This document shows, one piece after another, positions 1 through 12,526 of a DNA stretch of 64,000 nucleotides. The stretch covers positions 376,108-440,107 of the forward strand of contig JAAOMT010000283.1 of NCBI GenBank assembly GCA_016748015.1, read 5' to 3'. Below the pieces are notes generated by a model. It searched no databases and was not told where the DNA came from. It worked only from the letters and a program-made list of their open reading frames with translations. This stretch comes from Geosiphon pyriformis uo1 (taxonomy: Eukaryota; Fungi; Glomeromycota). The first letter of the stretch is position 1. Each line of letters opens with the position of its first letter. A program made the translations under genes and the position numbers.

Positions 1-1185
1 AAAAAAATAAACTGAATGAAAGATCTTAGATTTATACAAAAACCAAGAGCAAATGGGCATTTTCAGTTATAGTAGTATCCAAAAAAGGTGAAACTTTACA
101 CTTCTGTGTTGACTATTGTCAATTAAATGCCATTACTATAAGAGACATGTACCCATTTCCTAAAATTGATGCAATGCTAAATAATTCAATGATGCTGTTT
201 TCTTCTCAACTATTGATTTAACTGCTGGATTTTGGCAAAAAGAAAACTGCTTTTATTACCAAGTATGATACCTATAAATTTACAGTCATGCCTTTTGGTC
301 TCACTAATGCTCTTCTCATCTTTCAATGCCTAATAGACAAAGTATTTGAATCAATAAAAGAAAACTTTGTTCTGGTCTACTTAGATAACATAATAGTTTA
401 CTCAAAAACCTGGAATGAACATCTTGAACACTTGCAAAAGATTTTTGATCTGCTCAGAAATGCCAGCCTTAAGATTAATCCAATCAAATCTTTCTTTAGA
501 CATCAATCCACCCAGTTCCTTGGTTATCTTATTACAAAAGATGGAATCTTCTCTGATCTAGCTAAAGTTAAAAAAGTTCAGAACATTAGACAACCAATAA
601 ATGTTCTTGAACTATGCTCTTTCTTTAATTTGACCTCTTACTATCACAAATTTATTAAAGATTTTTCTAAAATCACCTTCTCTTTCAATCAGCTATTCAG
701 AAAAAATGTTAATTATTACTGGGGCACTTATCAACAAAAAACTTTTGAAATTCTAAAGGAAAAACTTGTTATTGAACCAATTCTCAAGCAATCTGATCTG
801 AACCAATCTTTTATTCTCCACACTGATATATCTGATTATGAACTTGGTGCTGTTTTTTCACAGAAAGATGAAAATGGCAGAGAACATACCATAGCATATG
901 CCAATAGATCCTTCACACCAGTAGAAAAAAACTATTATATAACTAAACAAGAATGTTTAGCAGTAGTTTGGACCACTAGTTACTGAGATCAATATTTTCT
1001 TGGTGCAAAATTCTTAGTGCTAATAGATCATTAAGCCTTGGTTTGGCTGCACAATAAAAAAAAGCTGGAACACAAACAAATAACTTGTTAGATACTCCAC
1101 TTGGATGAATTCAACTATGATATTTAACACCATAAAGGAGCAAATTATCAAAATGTTGATGCTCTCTTTAGACTTATCATTTAGT
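1..1185 (+). pseudogene. pol: Gypsy pol RT-RNase H (family A)
   Basis: ORF 288-986 plus flanking frames with FCVDY and NVDAL(S)R motifs. Confidence 0.93.
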
Positions 1186-1245
1186 AATAGTACAACCTCT
1201 TAAACCAAACCAACTTAATTATTTGTAACTTCTTTACAAACAAAC

Positions 1246-2562
1246 ATGATAATGGACTTGGACAACTACTCTGTCTTAATAGAATTTTTAGATAAAGGAC
1301 AATACCCACCAGAATACACTTGACAGCAAAGAGAATATTTGCACAAACAATCAAATTTCTATTTGATTTGCCAGAACTAGCTATATAAAAAAAATAGAAA
1401 ATATTTTGACTGCTCTTAGAGAGTCATCAGATTTGAAGAAAAAGAAATTGTAATATACAACATGTATACTGATCTGTTAGCTGGACACTTTGGAAAAACA
1501 AAAACAATTCAGAAAACTTTAGCTTGCTATTATTGGCCTATCTTGGAAAAAGACATTGCTGAATACATCAAAACCTGTAATACCTGCCAAAGAAGAGGCA
1601 AACCCAATCACAAAGAAGATATCCATCCAATCTCTGTTGGTCAACCATTTGACAAAATTGGTATAGATGTTGTTGAACTTTTAACAATAACTCCTGATGG
1701 CAACAAATACATTATCACAGCTACTGACTATCTTACAAAGTGAGTAGAAGCAAGAGCCACTTCTGACCAAACAGCAGTCTTAATAGCCAATTTTATTTAT
1801 AAAGATATTATTTGTCACCACGGCTGCCCCAAAAAACTTTTATCTGATAGAAGAAGAGCTTTTCTCAGTACACTGGTTGAAAAACTTTGCAGAAAAATGG
1901 GAATACATTATAAACTCTCTTCCCCTTATCACCCCCAAACAAATGACCTAGTAGAATGTTTTAATAGAACACTATGTGAAATTCTAGCCAAAACCAGTGA
2001 AGAAACAAACTTATGGGACAAAGTACTGCCTTCAGCTTTGTTTGCTTATAGAACTGTGAATCATAACATAACAAATTATGGATCTTTTTATCTGCTCTAT
2101 GGATGTATGACAACACTACTAATAGAAACTGATATTGAGACAATACCCTTTGAAGAAATCACAATAGAAAATTACAAAGACATTTCGCAAAGAAGACTTG
2201 ATACCATTTTTGACTTCTTAGTAGAAGCACAAATAATTGCTTTTGAAAAGATAAAACAGTTCCAAGATAAGCTTAAGAAAAAGAAAACCTATAAAACACT
2301 TTCTTTAAGTATTAGTAACTTGGTATTGAAATACCATTTAGATAGAGACAATGTCTATGGTAATAAATTCTCTAGCCAATAGAAAAGACTTTTTATAGTC
2401 AACAAAGTTTTGAACAATGGTTTTTATATTTTTTAAAATCAATCTGGAACAATTTTCAATGATCATCCTGTTTATGATACACAACTCAAGAAATATTATA
2501 AATGACTTAATTGGTTGTCTGTTGTGATAATACTGACTCAAATGATCAGGAAAATCAAGTAT
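1246..2562 (+). pseudogene. Gypsy integrase (family A): HHCC finger, DDE core, GPY/F-like tail, no chromodomain
   Basis: ORFs 1462-1743 (GHFG...CNTC...IGIDVV) and 1897-2382 (SPYHPQTNDLVE). Confidence 0.92.
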
Positions 2563-2605
2563 AAATAAACACATCATTCCCAAAACAAAGGTATTTTCAA
2601 TTGAC

Positions 2606-3250
2606 ATGAACAATTATTTTCTGGATCAAAATATTCAAAACAACTTCTATACTCTCTATGAGTATTGGATCAAAAACTATCCAAATGCTACTTTAACTAT
2701 TGGAAAACAAACCACCATAACTGATAACAGTAGAACACATACTGTTATTAGATTAAAGAAAACTACTACCAGAAGAGAAAAAATTGGTAGCAAAATAGAT
2801 AAATATCTGTTAGAAAGTATAACAGCAGCTATACTTTCATCTTTCAACACAATTAGAAAAACAATTCAAAAAATCTTACCCATAAACAAAAACTTGTTAT
2901 ATAAAAGGCAATTAGAACTTTATAGTCATCTTGGTAAAATTATAGAGGATATGAAACTCCTAAAAAAAACAACTTCAAAGATACAGGTAGAAATTTTGGG
3001 CATTATAAGGTTAGATGTCTTAAGAATTTTAATTATTTCTAAAAGAGCCAAAACTCTAATATAAAAATTTGGTCTCTTGAATACAAAACTCATTTTATCT
3101 CAAATATTATACATCTTATTCACCAAAAACTTCAATAAACTAGTTAGCTTTGAGTTAAACAAAACCTTTTAAATAGATTATTTCATAAATAGCTTGATTT
3201 TACCAGAGCTCAATCTTTTTAGAAAAAATAATATTATGGTTGAAACTCAT
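2606..3250 (+). pseudogene. Family A ORF3, ~210 aa unknown protein between integrase and 3' LTR
   Basis: ORF 2606-3064 continues past a premature stop into the PPT/LTR; homologous copies start at 37942, 41381 and 61183 (minus). Confidence 0.85.
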
Positions 3251-4750
3251 ATTTTTTATTAGTTATCACATGTATTAGCCATTGATGTCATAAAATTAGC
3301 CACTCTATTTTTAAATAGTGATTATTGACTTGATTAATAACTTTATTGTTAATTTGATCATTGATCTGATCATTGATTTGACTGTTGATTTGATCATTAA
3401 CCTGATTATTAATCTGATCATTAATCTGGTTATTGACCACTTTTAATAGCTATTTAAGCAATGAGTCTCTTAGCTGTAAAAAAATATGATCAAAGTAATA
3501 AAATAAAACAATATTAATTACTTCCTCTTATATCATTGTTACTTATAAAGAAAACATATAAAAAAAATAGTAGAAAAAACAAATAGACTAATAGGAAAAT
3601 AGTAGTTAAACACATAAGCACATTGCTCAACAATGTGGAGCAATGTTAGAAAATTAGGGCACATTGCTTAAAAAATTATAACACATTGTTTAGGAATGTG
3701 AGCAATCTCATAGAACTTAAATTATGTATATATAGTAAGAGCATTAGAAGCAAAAAAAGAAGAATTAATTACCAAAACCTCTCTATTACCAGATTTTTAG
3801 TAGAATTATCAATATTAATAAATAATTATTCACCATCTAAAGCACTTTCCCTACTATCAACATGAAGTGTTAATAGTATTAAATACTTAATCATACTGAA
3901 ACAATAGCTCTTAATTATAGCTATTGATAGGATACTAATCTTTAATTGCTTTGGCTTATTTTTTATTTTTTTTATTTTTTATTTTCTTTGTTGTTTAACT
4001 AAATTAATTAAAAATTAAGTGCTGAATTATTGATGTTAAAGATTGCCTAATAAAAAACTCTTGTGAATGAGTAAACACATAAAAAATATGGATTGCTTAC
4101 CAAAGGAGTACTGGCCATTAAGCTGAGAAAAAAATTAACAGAATTGCAATTCTGAGAAGCTACAAATAACCAATAGTTGAATCTCTGTCTATTATACAAA
4201 AGACTTAACCAAAATCTTCAGATATTACCAATGAGATCAGTTACTAAGCACCAAATTATGAGTTTGTTATTTGCTTTGAGACCTCAAATAATTACTTGTA
4301 ACATCATTTATTCTTTTTTTCCTATTTTTAAGTATCTGAATATTTTGGGATAAAAAATTACTTGTTGGCATTCACATATCTTATTTTTTCCCCTTCTTGA
4401 TTTGTATTTGTTAGAATTAGCCTGAGAAGCAATTACTTGTTTTTGTGATTTATTGAATAAAAAAACAATTAAAAAGCATAATAATACCTGTTATTGATTC
4501 TAAGAATTACCAAGTTAAGACATAGAATAATAGCAGCAGTGTTATTTTGTTGACAATCATAAACAATTTTTTTACTTTCAGATTTTCAGAAAAAATTTGT
4601 GACTGTGATTTTTATGAGACTAATTATACACATTAAATCTTTACATATTTAATTTACTCTTTTATTGTAATTCTCTTTTTAATTATTTCTATTATCTTAC
4701 AATTCTGTTCTCTTTTGCTATCTATTAGCTTGTTACTCCAATCTATAATA
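3232..4750 (+). repeat. Family A LTR (3' LTR), interrupted by a family C solo LTR
   Basis: Matches 13228-13896, 38568-39259, 42007-43610 and 59958-60680; termini decayed from TG..CA to TA..TA. Confidence 0.92.
3537..4303 (+). mobile_element. Family C solo LTR (U3 type C1) with 4-bp TSD TCAT
   Basis: TGTTAC...GTAACA termini; TCAT at 3533-3536 and 4304-4307; similar to 56085-56860. Confidence 0.92.
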
Positions 4751-5167
4751 ATATCATTATATAGTCTAAATAAACCAGAACAATGTTTTCTTTTTTTGAT
4801 TTAAATACTTTGTCTATTAAGTATTAAAAGGTGAAAAAAACATTGATAAGACCAAAAGACATAACTGTGAATTCATAGGTGCTATACTTAGTAATAAAAG
4901 CAGTTTTTTTTCTGCTTTTTGGATACATCTCTACTTGTCAGAATCCAGTATTTAAGTTAATAGTTGAAAAAAAAGCAGCACTATTGAATTTGTTTAGTAT
5001 TGTATTAATTTTGGGGAGTAAGTATATGTTTGTTATAAGTCAATACAGAAGTGTAGAGTTTTATCTTTCTTGGATATTACTACAACTAAAAAAGTCTATT
5101 AACTCTTGATTTTTTGTATAAATTCAAGGTTTTTCATTTGATTTATTTATTTCTTGATAAATTCATC
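4751..5167 (-). pseudogene. Family A RT N-terminal fragment, antisense to copy 1
   Basis: Reverse complement aligns to positions ~1-400 and ends at VLVYLDYIMI. Confidence 0.88.
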
Positions 5168-5667
5168 TTTTTTTTTGTTAACATGTAGTTATACCAGTAA
5201 TTTATTAGTTATGTTTACAAAATTGTGGCACTTTTATAAAGCCAGCTTATCCAATAATACAAAAATTACAAGATGTGGCTAACCACAAGCAGAAAGTCTT
5301 AACTATATACTAGTACTATCTTTTTTTTTGTTAACATGTAGCCATACTGATTGTTTATTAGTTTGTCCAACAATATAGTTGACACTTTCATAAAGCCAAC
5401 TTACCAAATAATACAATATTATAAGATGTGACTAATCACAAGTGAAAAGCTCTAACTACATATTAGTACTACCTATGCTACTTAATATATTAAACAGATT
5501 TAATTCATATATCTTACTTATAATGCAAACAAACTTATGACTACTTTTAACAAGATCATTCATCTACTTAACAGTCTGATTAGGATTGAATTTGATACTA
5601 AAAAGTTGATTCTTTCATAATTTCATTATTGTATTAAATATGTTATCATAGACCAAAAAATTTTTAA

Positions 5668-5715
<48 letters not shown>

Positions 5716-7773
5716 CATCTATGTTTTTATCTTCAAATATATTAACAAAACAAACTTTCTCACTTCTCTTTTTGAGATTCACCATTTTTTTTGCAACAAA
5801 AAAACCACAGTATTAACAGCTTTAATTTGGATTGCCATTTCAATCACACTTTCTTTCAAAGCCTTTACCATAACAGCAGAGTAAACAGTAATTTAGTAAT
5901 TAACACAACCAAAGAGCCTATAGGCTCAACTATAAATTTTATTAACAAAAACAGTTCACTAAGATGAATTTTCAAAAAAACCAATCTAGCATTAACAGCA
6001 GCATTTGGACCAGAAGAGACAACAGACAACAGAGATGTTAAAGTTTTGAGAGGAGCACCAAAAACTGGATTTACATCAGCAGTAGCAACAACAAAAAAAA
6101 CCACAAAAACAACAGCTTTGACATAAAATTTAACTTTAACAAAAAATGACTTAAAAACTTTGAGACTACCAGCAGAGTTGAAAGCTACTTTGGGAGAGAA
6201 AGGTGATAACATCTTGTAGTCCACAGCCAAATAATCTAAACCTTAACATCTATAGCAGCAGTAACAACCAAAAGTTTTCTACCAGATATGGCAGCCATAT
6301 AAGATACCAGTCTTTGATACAGCAATGTTTAAAGATTCTAAGAAATCAAAAATAATTACAGCAAAATATTGACATTGGTATGACTTAGAGAAATGAAAAA
6401 TAAAACAAGTATGGCCACCAACTTAAGAGACCAAATCACTAATCTCAAAGACAATACAATCAAAAAAAAAATTGACCAACTTAGCTTTGAAAGCATCTCT
6501 TGAAGTAATAATCTCTTTTTAATTGACTAAAGATAGAATTCTAATACTGTCTTTTCTAACTAGTATTGACCAGTAAATAAGAGCAGCAGCAGCAGAAAAA
6601 GAATTTTTAAATTGAACTATGGCATATTGCCACAAGTCAGCAGACTTCAACTTGACTAAAGTAACAACACCAAAAATACCAAAAGCAGCTATAATGTCAT
6701 TAAAAAAAATACTTAAAAGTACATTATAAAGTGCAATTAACAGAGAAGAAGAAAAAACAAAGGTGACACCAAAAGACCATGGAATATTAAGAGTGGTCAG
6801 AAAAACCTTATTACCAATGGCCACTTTAATAGCACTATTTAGACTTTCCTGAGATGTAAATTTCATACAAAACAACTTAACAACATCTCTTAAAACAGAC
6901 TTAAACCCAATACAACCAGGCAGCAACTGAAACAAAAAACTAAGCAGAGCCATTTTAATCTTAAATATAACACCAAATACTAGATTAGAGATCACTCAAC
7001 CAGAGAATCTTTGATAATTATTCATATTTTTTCAAACACCACTATTAGCAGCACCAAAAACTAGAGAAAGAATAGTTGATTCTATTTTAATCTAATTAGC
7101 CCAATTTTTAAGATTATCTAAATTGATGGACTGTTTTATTTCTGGAATTGGTGATAATCTGCTGGAAAGTATCATATTAGACAACACAGCCAGTGGTTAA
7201 TCTTAGCCCATCTTAAAAGATGTGCTGGCTGCTGTTATGAAAATCTTATCCAAAATTTCATCTAGAATTACAAAGAAGTTTGGTGTAACCATAGCAGTTG
7301 TAAGTGCCAGCTGCTATTTTTTGGAATTTTTTGCTTTTACAGTCATTTGTAAAGCATTAGTAAGAGTAATAAAAGCAGAAAAAACCAACTTATTAATTAG
7401 TCTGTTATTAAAAATTCTTGGGCTCTTAAAAGTAATAAAGACAATACTGGGACTAATTTAAGTATATCTTTTGAAAAAAACTTTGACTGAAAAAGAACTA
7501 TCAGTTAAAGGTAAAAAAATGAACCAGAAGCTGCTAAAGGCAGTTTTTTACTAATATTTTTTAAAAGAAATATAACCAAAATATTTTGTCTAGTTGCTTC
7601 AATAATAGAGAAACTTTCTTATATTAAAACTTTATTAGTTACTATAGAAAAAGTAACATTTGCAACTTTTTTACTCTTAGCTCTAGTCATGATCATAAAA
7701 ATTAGAAGAGAAAAAGTTTTATGCTAATACTATTTTTGCTATCTAATATATTAAATATATTTAATTTATACAT
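5168..7773 (-). mobile_element. ORF1-only poly(A) retroelement (LINE ORF1-like: RRM-like repeats + CCHC knuckle), with duplicated 3' end
   Basis: Degenerate ORF from ATG 7696 to ~5480 (fragments 6519-6995, 5865-6230); T9 tracts at 5168 and 5321 heading a ~153-bp duplication; homologous to 8360-10575. Confidence 0.7.
5669..5716. repeat. (ATT)n microsatellite; poly-Asn on minus strand
   Basis: Directly visible trinucleotide run. Confidence 0.95.
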
Positions 7774-8335
7774 TGTTACTGGAGGTTTTTGGTCTCTTTT
7801 CTTGAATGTTGTTAATGTTGATTTGCTGTGAATTCACGTTTTCAGGAAGTAGTTGGACCTTTAGTAACTGAATTTATTTTCAAATTATCTCTTATAATTT
7901 GAATTGCTGAGCTTATAAGTGGAATGGCCAATTCCTTGCCAGTTACTTTATGTAGTTACATTGTAGTAAATGTCAACTCTTTCCCAGGAATTGCTCATCT
8001 AGAAGCTTACTAAAATATATAGTTATTTTGCTGTGAAAGTCAATTTTTCTACAAGAATCTTGTCTGTAGACTACTCTAATAATTGTAATAAGAAAAGAAA
8101 ATAAAAATAAAAAAAATGTAAAAGAAATAGAATTGTGTTAAGGAAAACGTTTTCTATCTAGGCCTGGAGTCACTAACAGTTTATTGAAATTGGTAGCTAA
8201 TCAATTTTAAAATGTTAGTTGTGTTGAGGGAATTCCAAGTGTAATAATCAAAGGATTTGGTTTTCAAATATTTAATTTTTATTTGAGATATGTAAAAAGT
8301 GATTTGTTCTAATTAAGATATTTAAAGTAAGCTAC
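7774..8335 (-). repeat. Truncated family B LTR
   Basis: Begins TGTTACTGGAGGTTTTTGG and aligns to 25817-26385. Confidence 0.9.
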
Positions 8336-8675
8336 TATGATAAGATACTATGAAAAGATAAAAGTAAAAAAGTTGCAAACATTATTTTTCTTATAGTAAC
8401 TAATAAAGTTTCAACATGAGAAAGTCTTTCTGTTATTAAAGCAGTTAAACAAAATGTTCTGGCTACATTTCCTTTGAAAAATATTAGTAAAAAGCTGCTT
8501 TTAGCAGTTTTTGGTTTATTTTTTTTACCTTTGGCTGGTAGTTTTTTTCTAGTCAAAGTTCTTTTCAAAAGACACACTTGGGTTAGTTCTAGTGTTGTCT
8601 CTATTATTTTTAAGAGCTTAAAGATTATTAATAACAAATTAGTTAACAAACTGGTCTTTCCCACTTTTATCACTT

Positions 8676-8711
<36 letters not shown>

Positions 8712-10575
8712 TTACTACTACTACTACTACTACTACTACTATTACTACTGTTTCACAAATAGTTATAAAAGCCAAAAATTCTAAAAAACAGCAGCTGGCA
8801 CTTACAACTACTTTGGTGACACCAAATCTCTTTGTGGTTTTAGATGAGATCTTGGATAAGATCTCTATAGTAGCAGCCAGCCTTTTTTCTAATGTGGATG
8901 GCAACAACAGTGGCATGTCTTCCAAGATAAGCCAAGATTAACTACTGGCTGTATTGTCTGATGTGGTATTTTCTAGCAGATTATTACCAATCCCAGAAGC
9001 AAAACAGTCCATCATTTCAGATGATCTCAAAGATTGGGCTGATCAGATAAAAATGGAATCAACTGCTCCTTCTTCAGTTTTGGTGCTGCTAATAGTAATA
9101 CTTGAAAGAATGTAAATAGTCATTAAAGGTTCTCTGGTTGGGTGGCCTCCAATTTAATACCTGGTACTACATTTAAGATCAAGATGGTCCTGCTTAATTC
9201 CTTGTTTCAGTTGCTGCCTGGTTGCATTGGGCTTAAGTCTGTTTCAAAAAATACAATTAAGTTGTTTTGTATGGAATTTACATCTCAGGAGAGTCTAAAT
9301 AGTGCCACCAAAGTAGTCATTGGTGATGAAATTACTCTTAAGATTGCACAGTCTTCTAATGTGGCCTCTGTTTTTTTCTTTTTTTTGTTAGTTGCATTTT
9401 GTAATATACTTTTGAGTACTTTTTCTAATAACATTAAAACTGCTCTTGGCATTTTTGGTGTGGTTATTTCTGTTAAATTAAAGCCTGCTGGCTTATGGCA
9501 ATATGCTGTGGTTTATTTCAAAGACACTTTTTCTACTACTGCTGTTCTTACTTACTGGTCTGTGCTGGTTAAGAAAAACAGTATTAGAATTTTTCTTGTT
9601 ATTAACCAAAATGATGTTATTTTTTCAAAAGATGCTTTTAAAACTAAGTTGGTTAATCTTCTCTTTGGCTTTACTGTCTTTGAGATAAGTGATTTGGTCT
9701 CCCAAGTTGGTGGTCATACATGTTTCATTCTTTGCTCCTCTGAAGCATACTGACATCAACACTTTGCTGTGGTTATCTTTAATTTTTTAGAATTTCTGAA
9801 TGTTGCTGTGTCAAAAACTGGTACCTTGCATGATTGCTGTATCTGGTGGGAAACTCTTGGATGTTACTGTTGCTACAGGTGTCAAAACTTGAATCATTTG
9901 GCTGTAGACTGGAAGATGTTACCTTCTCTCTCACCCAAATTCTTTTCTAACACTTCTGGTGGCCCCAAAGTTTTCAAACCTTTATTTGCTAGATCTAAAT
10001 CTTATGTCAAAGCTGCTGTCTTTGTGGTTTCTCTTGTTGTTGCTGCTGTTGATATGAACTTGGATCTCAGTGATTCTCCCAAAACTACAACATCCATGTT
10101 GTTTGTTGTCTCTTCTGCTCCCAATATTTCTATTGAATCTAGATTGGCTTTTTTGGAATCTTATCTTAGTAAATTGTCTGTGTTGATAAAATTTTTGGTT
10201 GAACTTGTTGGCACTCTAGTTGTATTGGTTACCAAATTGCTGTCTACTCCACCTGCTGTGAATGTGTCAGTTAAGAAAAGTATGACTGGATTGGTTAAGC
10301 AAAATAAAGGCTTGGCTGTTGTTGTTTCCATGATGCAGAAAAGAATAACACATCTTAAGAAAAAATGTAAACAGACCTGCTTGGAGGATCTATTAGATGA
10401 TAATAATATGGTTAATAATGATAATAATAATAATAATAATAAAGATTTTTCAGTCTATAATAACACCTTTGATATTATGATACACCTATGAGAAGATTAG
10501 TCTTCCAGTATCAAATCCAATCCTAATCAGACTGCTAAGTGGATAAGTGGTATGATTAAGAATAGTCATGAGCTT
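8336..10575 (+). mobile_element. Second copy of the LINE ORF1-like element (RRM-like repeats, zinc knuckle, acidic/Asn-rich tail); decayed
   Basis: ORFs 8474-8941, 9142-9753 and 9769-10491 (CYRCQNLNHLAVD knuckle); inverted homolog of 5500-7690. Confidence 0.75.
8678..8749 (+). repeat. (ACT)n microsatellite encoding poly-Thr
   Basis: Directly visible trinucleotide run with two ATT interruptions. Confidence 0.95.
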
Positions 10576-12260
10576 ATCAAACTAGCTAATTTGCAGGCAC
10601 AAAGATGGTCAGCTTATAGTATACTTGAATATTCCACTAATAAATGATCTAAACCAGAAGTTAATCTTATAGCAAACATTATACAGATGATGAAAGAAAG
10701 GAGCATCTCATTCAAAAACTCTGGTTACACATGTTGGGTACCTGAATCCTTAAGACCACATACATACTTAATTGAGACTATTATAACTCTACATGCAACC
10801 TAGACTAAAGTTAAAAGTTTACTAAAAAAAGAAAACATTTTGTATTTGTATCAGATACAAAACAAAGATGGATCACTAATGACATAGATGAACTTCACAA
10901 GGAAATACAGACAGAGTGACAGTGGTAGAATTTCCAAATGGTTTAAAATATTGGAGGCTATACTTATTAAAGATAAATACAAGAAAATTGATGTAATTCA
11001 ATGTAAAGCACAAAATAACTAATCTAATACTAGATAATCTATGTACATCCAGATTCCTAATACTTTGTTATCACAATGGAGGAGAGTATGAGATAAGTTG
11101 AGGCTAAAAAAGAAAATTGAAATATCAACAGATGGTTCACTGGTAAAAGCTGATTTTGAGGATGTTAGAAGAGCAGCTGCTTTGGTGACACATGAAATAG
11201 AGGCCAACTTTGGTATAGCAGTTGATAGTATATTATTGTCAATAAAAACTAAGACTAAAGCTGTACTATTGGCTTTAAAAGCAGTACCTTACAAATGTAA
11301 ACTAATATTGAACACAGATAGTCAGGCAGTAGTATTAACAGCTTAAAGATAATTGTCCAAAGACTTTCCCATGTCTATTAAGAATCAGCTTAAAACTTTT
11401 AACTGGCACAATCAAAGCTATAATAGGAGAAAAAAGAATTGATCTTAACATAAACAAAGTAGCTGCACATACTAAAATATCCAAAAATAAGATGGCTAAC
11501 AAACTAGCCAAAAAAGCTACTGCTTTTGACACAGTGGGATGGGCCTACAATGCTAAGAATATCAGCTATATTCTCTTTTGCAGAAAAGTTGAATTGAATC
11601 TGAATATCAAACATTTCTTAAACCAACAGACTGGATTTCAAGCAGCTTTGGATTGAGTTGGCAATGACAAAGTCCAAGAGACATTAAGGCCTTTAGACCA
11701 GATAATAAACTGGAAATGCACAACCAAGGTATGGAACTGAGATGATAAAATGTCATCAGGCTTTATTTTAGCTGGTTTCTCAGCAATACATATATTTATC
11801 ATGAAATTATTTCATAATATGTTGTCAACAGCAGAAGTGCTATACAAAAAATGTTCCCTTATGTATCAGAATAACCTTTGCAAAAAATGTCACATGGAAG
11901 TAGAAACCAACCAGCACTTTTGGAAATGTTTTATGAATATTCAAAAAGATGAGACATTGATAATATAAGAAATAAGTGAATACAATGCTTATCAAAGACT
12001 GTAGAAAGAAAACATAAAACCATAGACTCTGGTAAGAAAATTGTTCTGTCTAAAAAGTACATTATGTCAACACCTAACATAGATCTGTTATGTAAAGAAT
12101 TAATTGATAAGCAATTTAGAAGAATTAATGCTTTTGCTAACATTGATCAAAAGACTAATAATAATATATTGATTAAGGTGTGTAAATAGGCAGTAACTTA
12201 AGCAAAAAATAGGTTATAGAGGAAATATTGCAAAGTACAAACAGAAGCAAAAACTTTTTT
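10576..12260 (+). pseudogene. Non-LTR retrotransposon ORF2 3' part: post-RT region, RNase H, CCHC zinc finger (A-rich family)
   Basis: ISTDGS...AVLLAL...NTDSQAV (11098-11346), KVAAHT..N...LAK, and LCKKCH..ETNQHFWKC (11750-11968). Confidence 0.8.
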
Positions 12261-12526
12261 TTATTCTTTGACTGTTACTACACATTTTACTATGTCTCAA
12301 ATTCAGAAAAATAAGTTTTTTACAAAAAAAATCTTTAATTATAATATATTATTATTATTACAACAGACTTAAAAGTATCTGACAACAACACTGACAGTAA
12401 AGTGACACTAGTCACACAAATAAGTACAAATATACAAACTACTAACTGTAAAGACCAAACAGAGAGAAATGAAACTTCTTCTATGAAAAAAAAAAGTATA
12501 ACACAATCTTATGAAATTTAACAACT

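Larger units (their letters stand above)
1..4750 (+). mobile_element. Ty3/Gypsy LTR retrotransposon, family A copy 1 (3' part: RT, RNase H, integrase, ORF3, PPT, 3' LTR); decayed
   Basis: MPFGLTNA and YLD(N)I RT motifs, HTD-S-Y-LGAV RNase H, HHCC and IGID integrase fragments, then purine tract and LTR 3232-4750; many stops and frameshifts. Confidence 0.95.

Noticed and set aside
3340-3440. Short periodic repeats in LTRs as possible CRISPR arrays
   Set aside because: Contiguous tandem units with no unique spacers, no cas genes, eukaryotic context
8335-8925. 196-aa minus-strand ORF with poly-Val
   Set aside because: Antisense shadow of the poly-Thr microsatellite in the ORF1-like sequence
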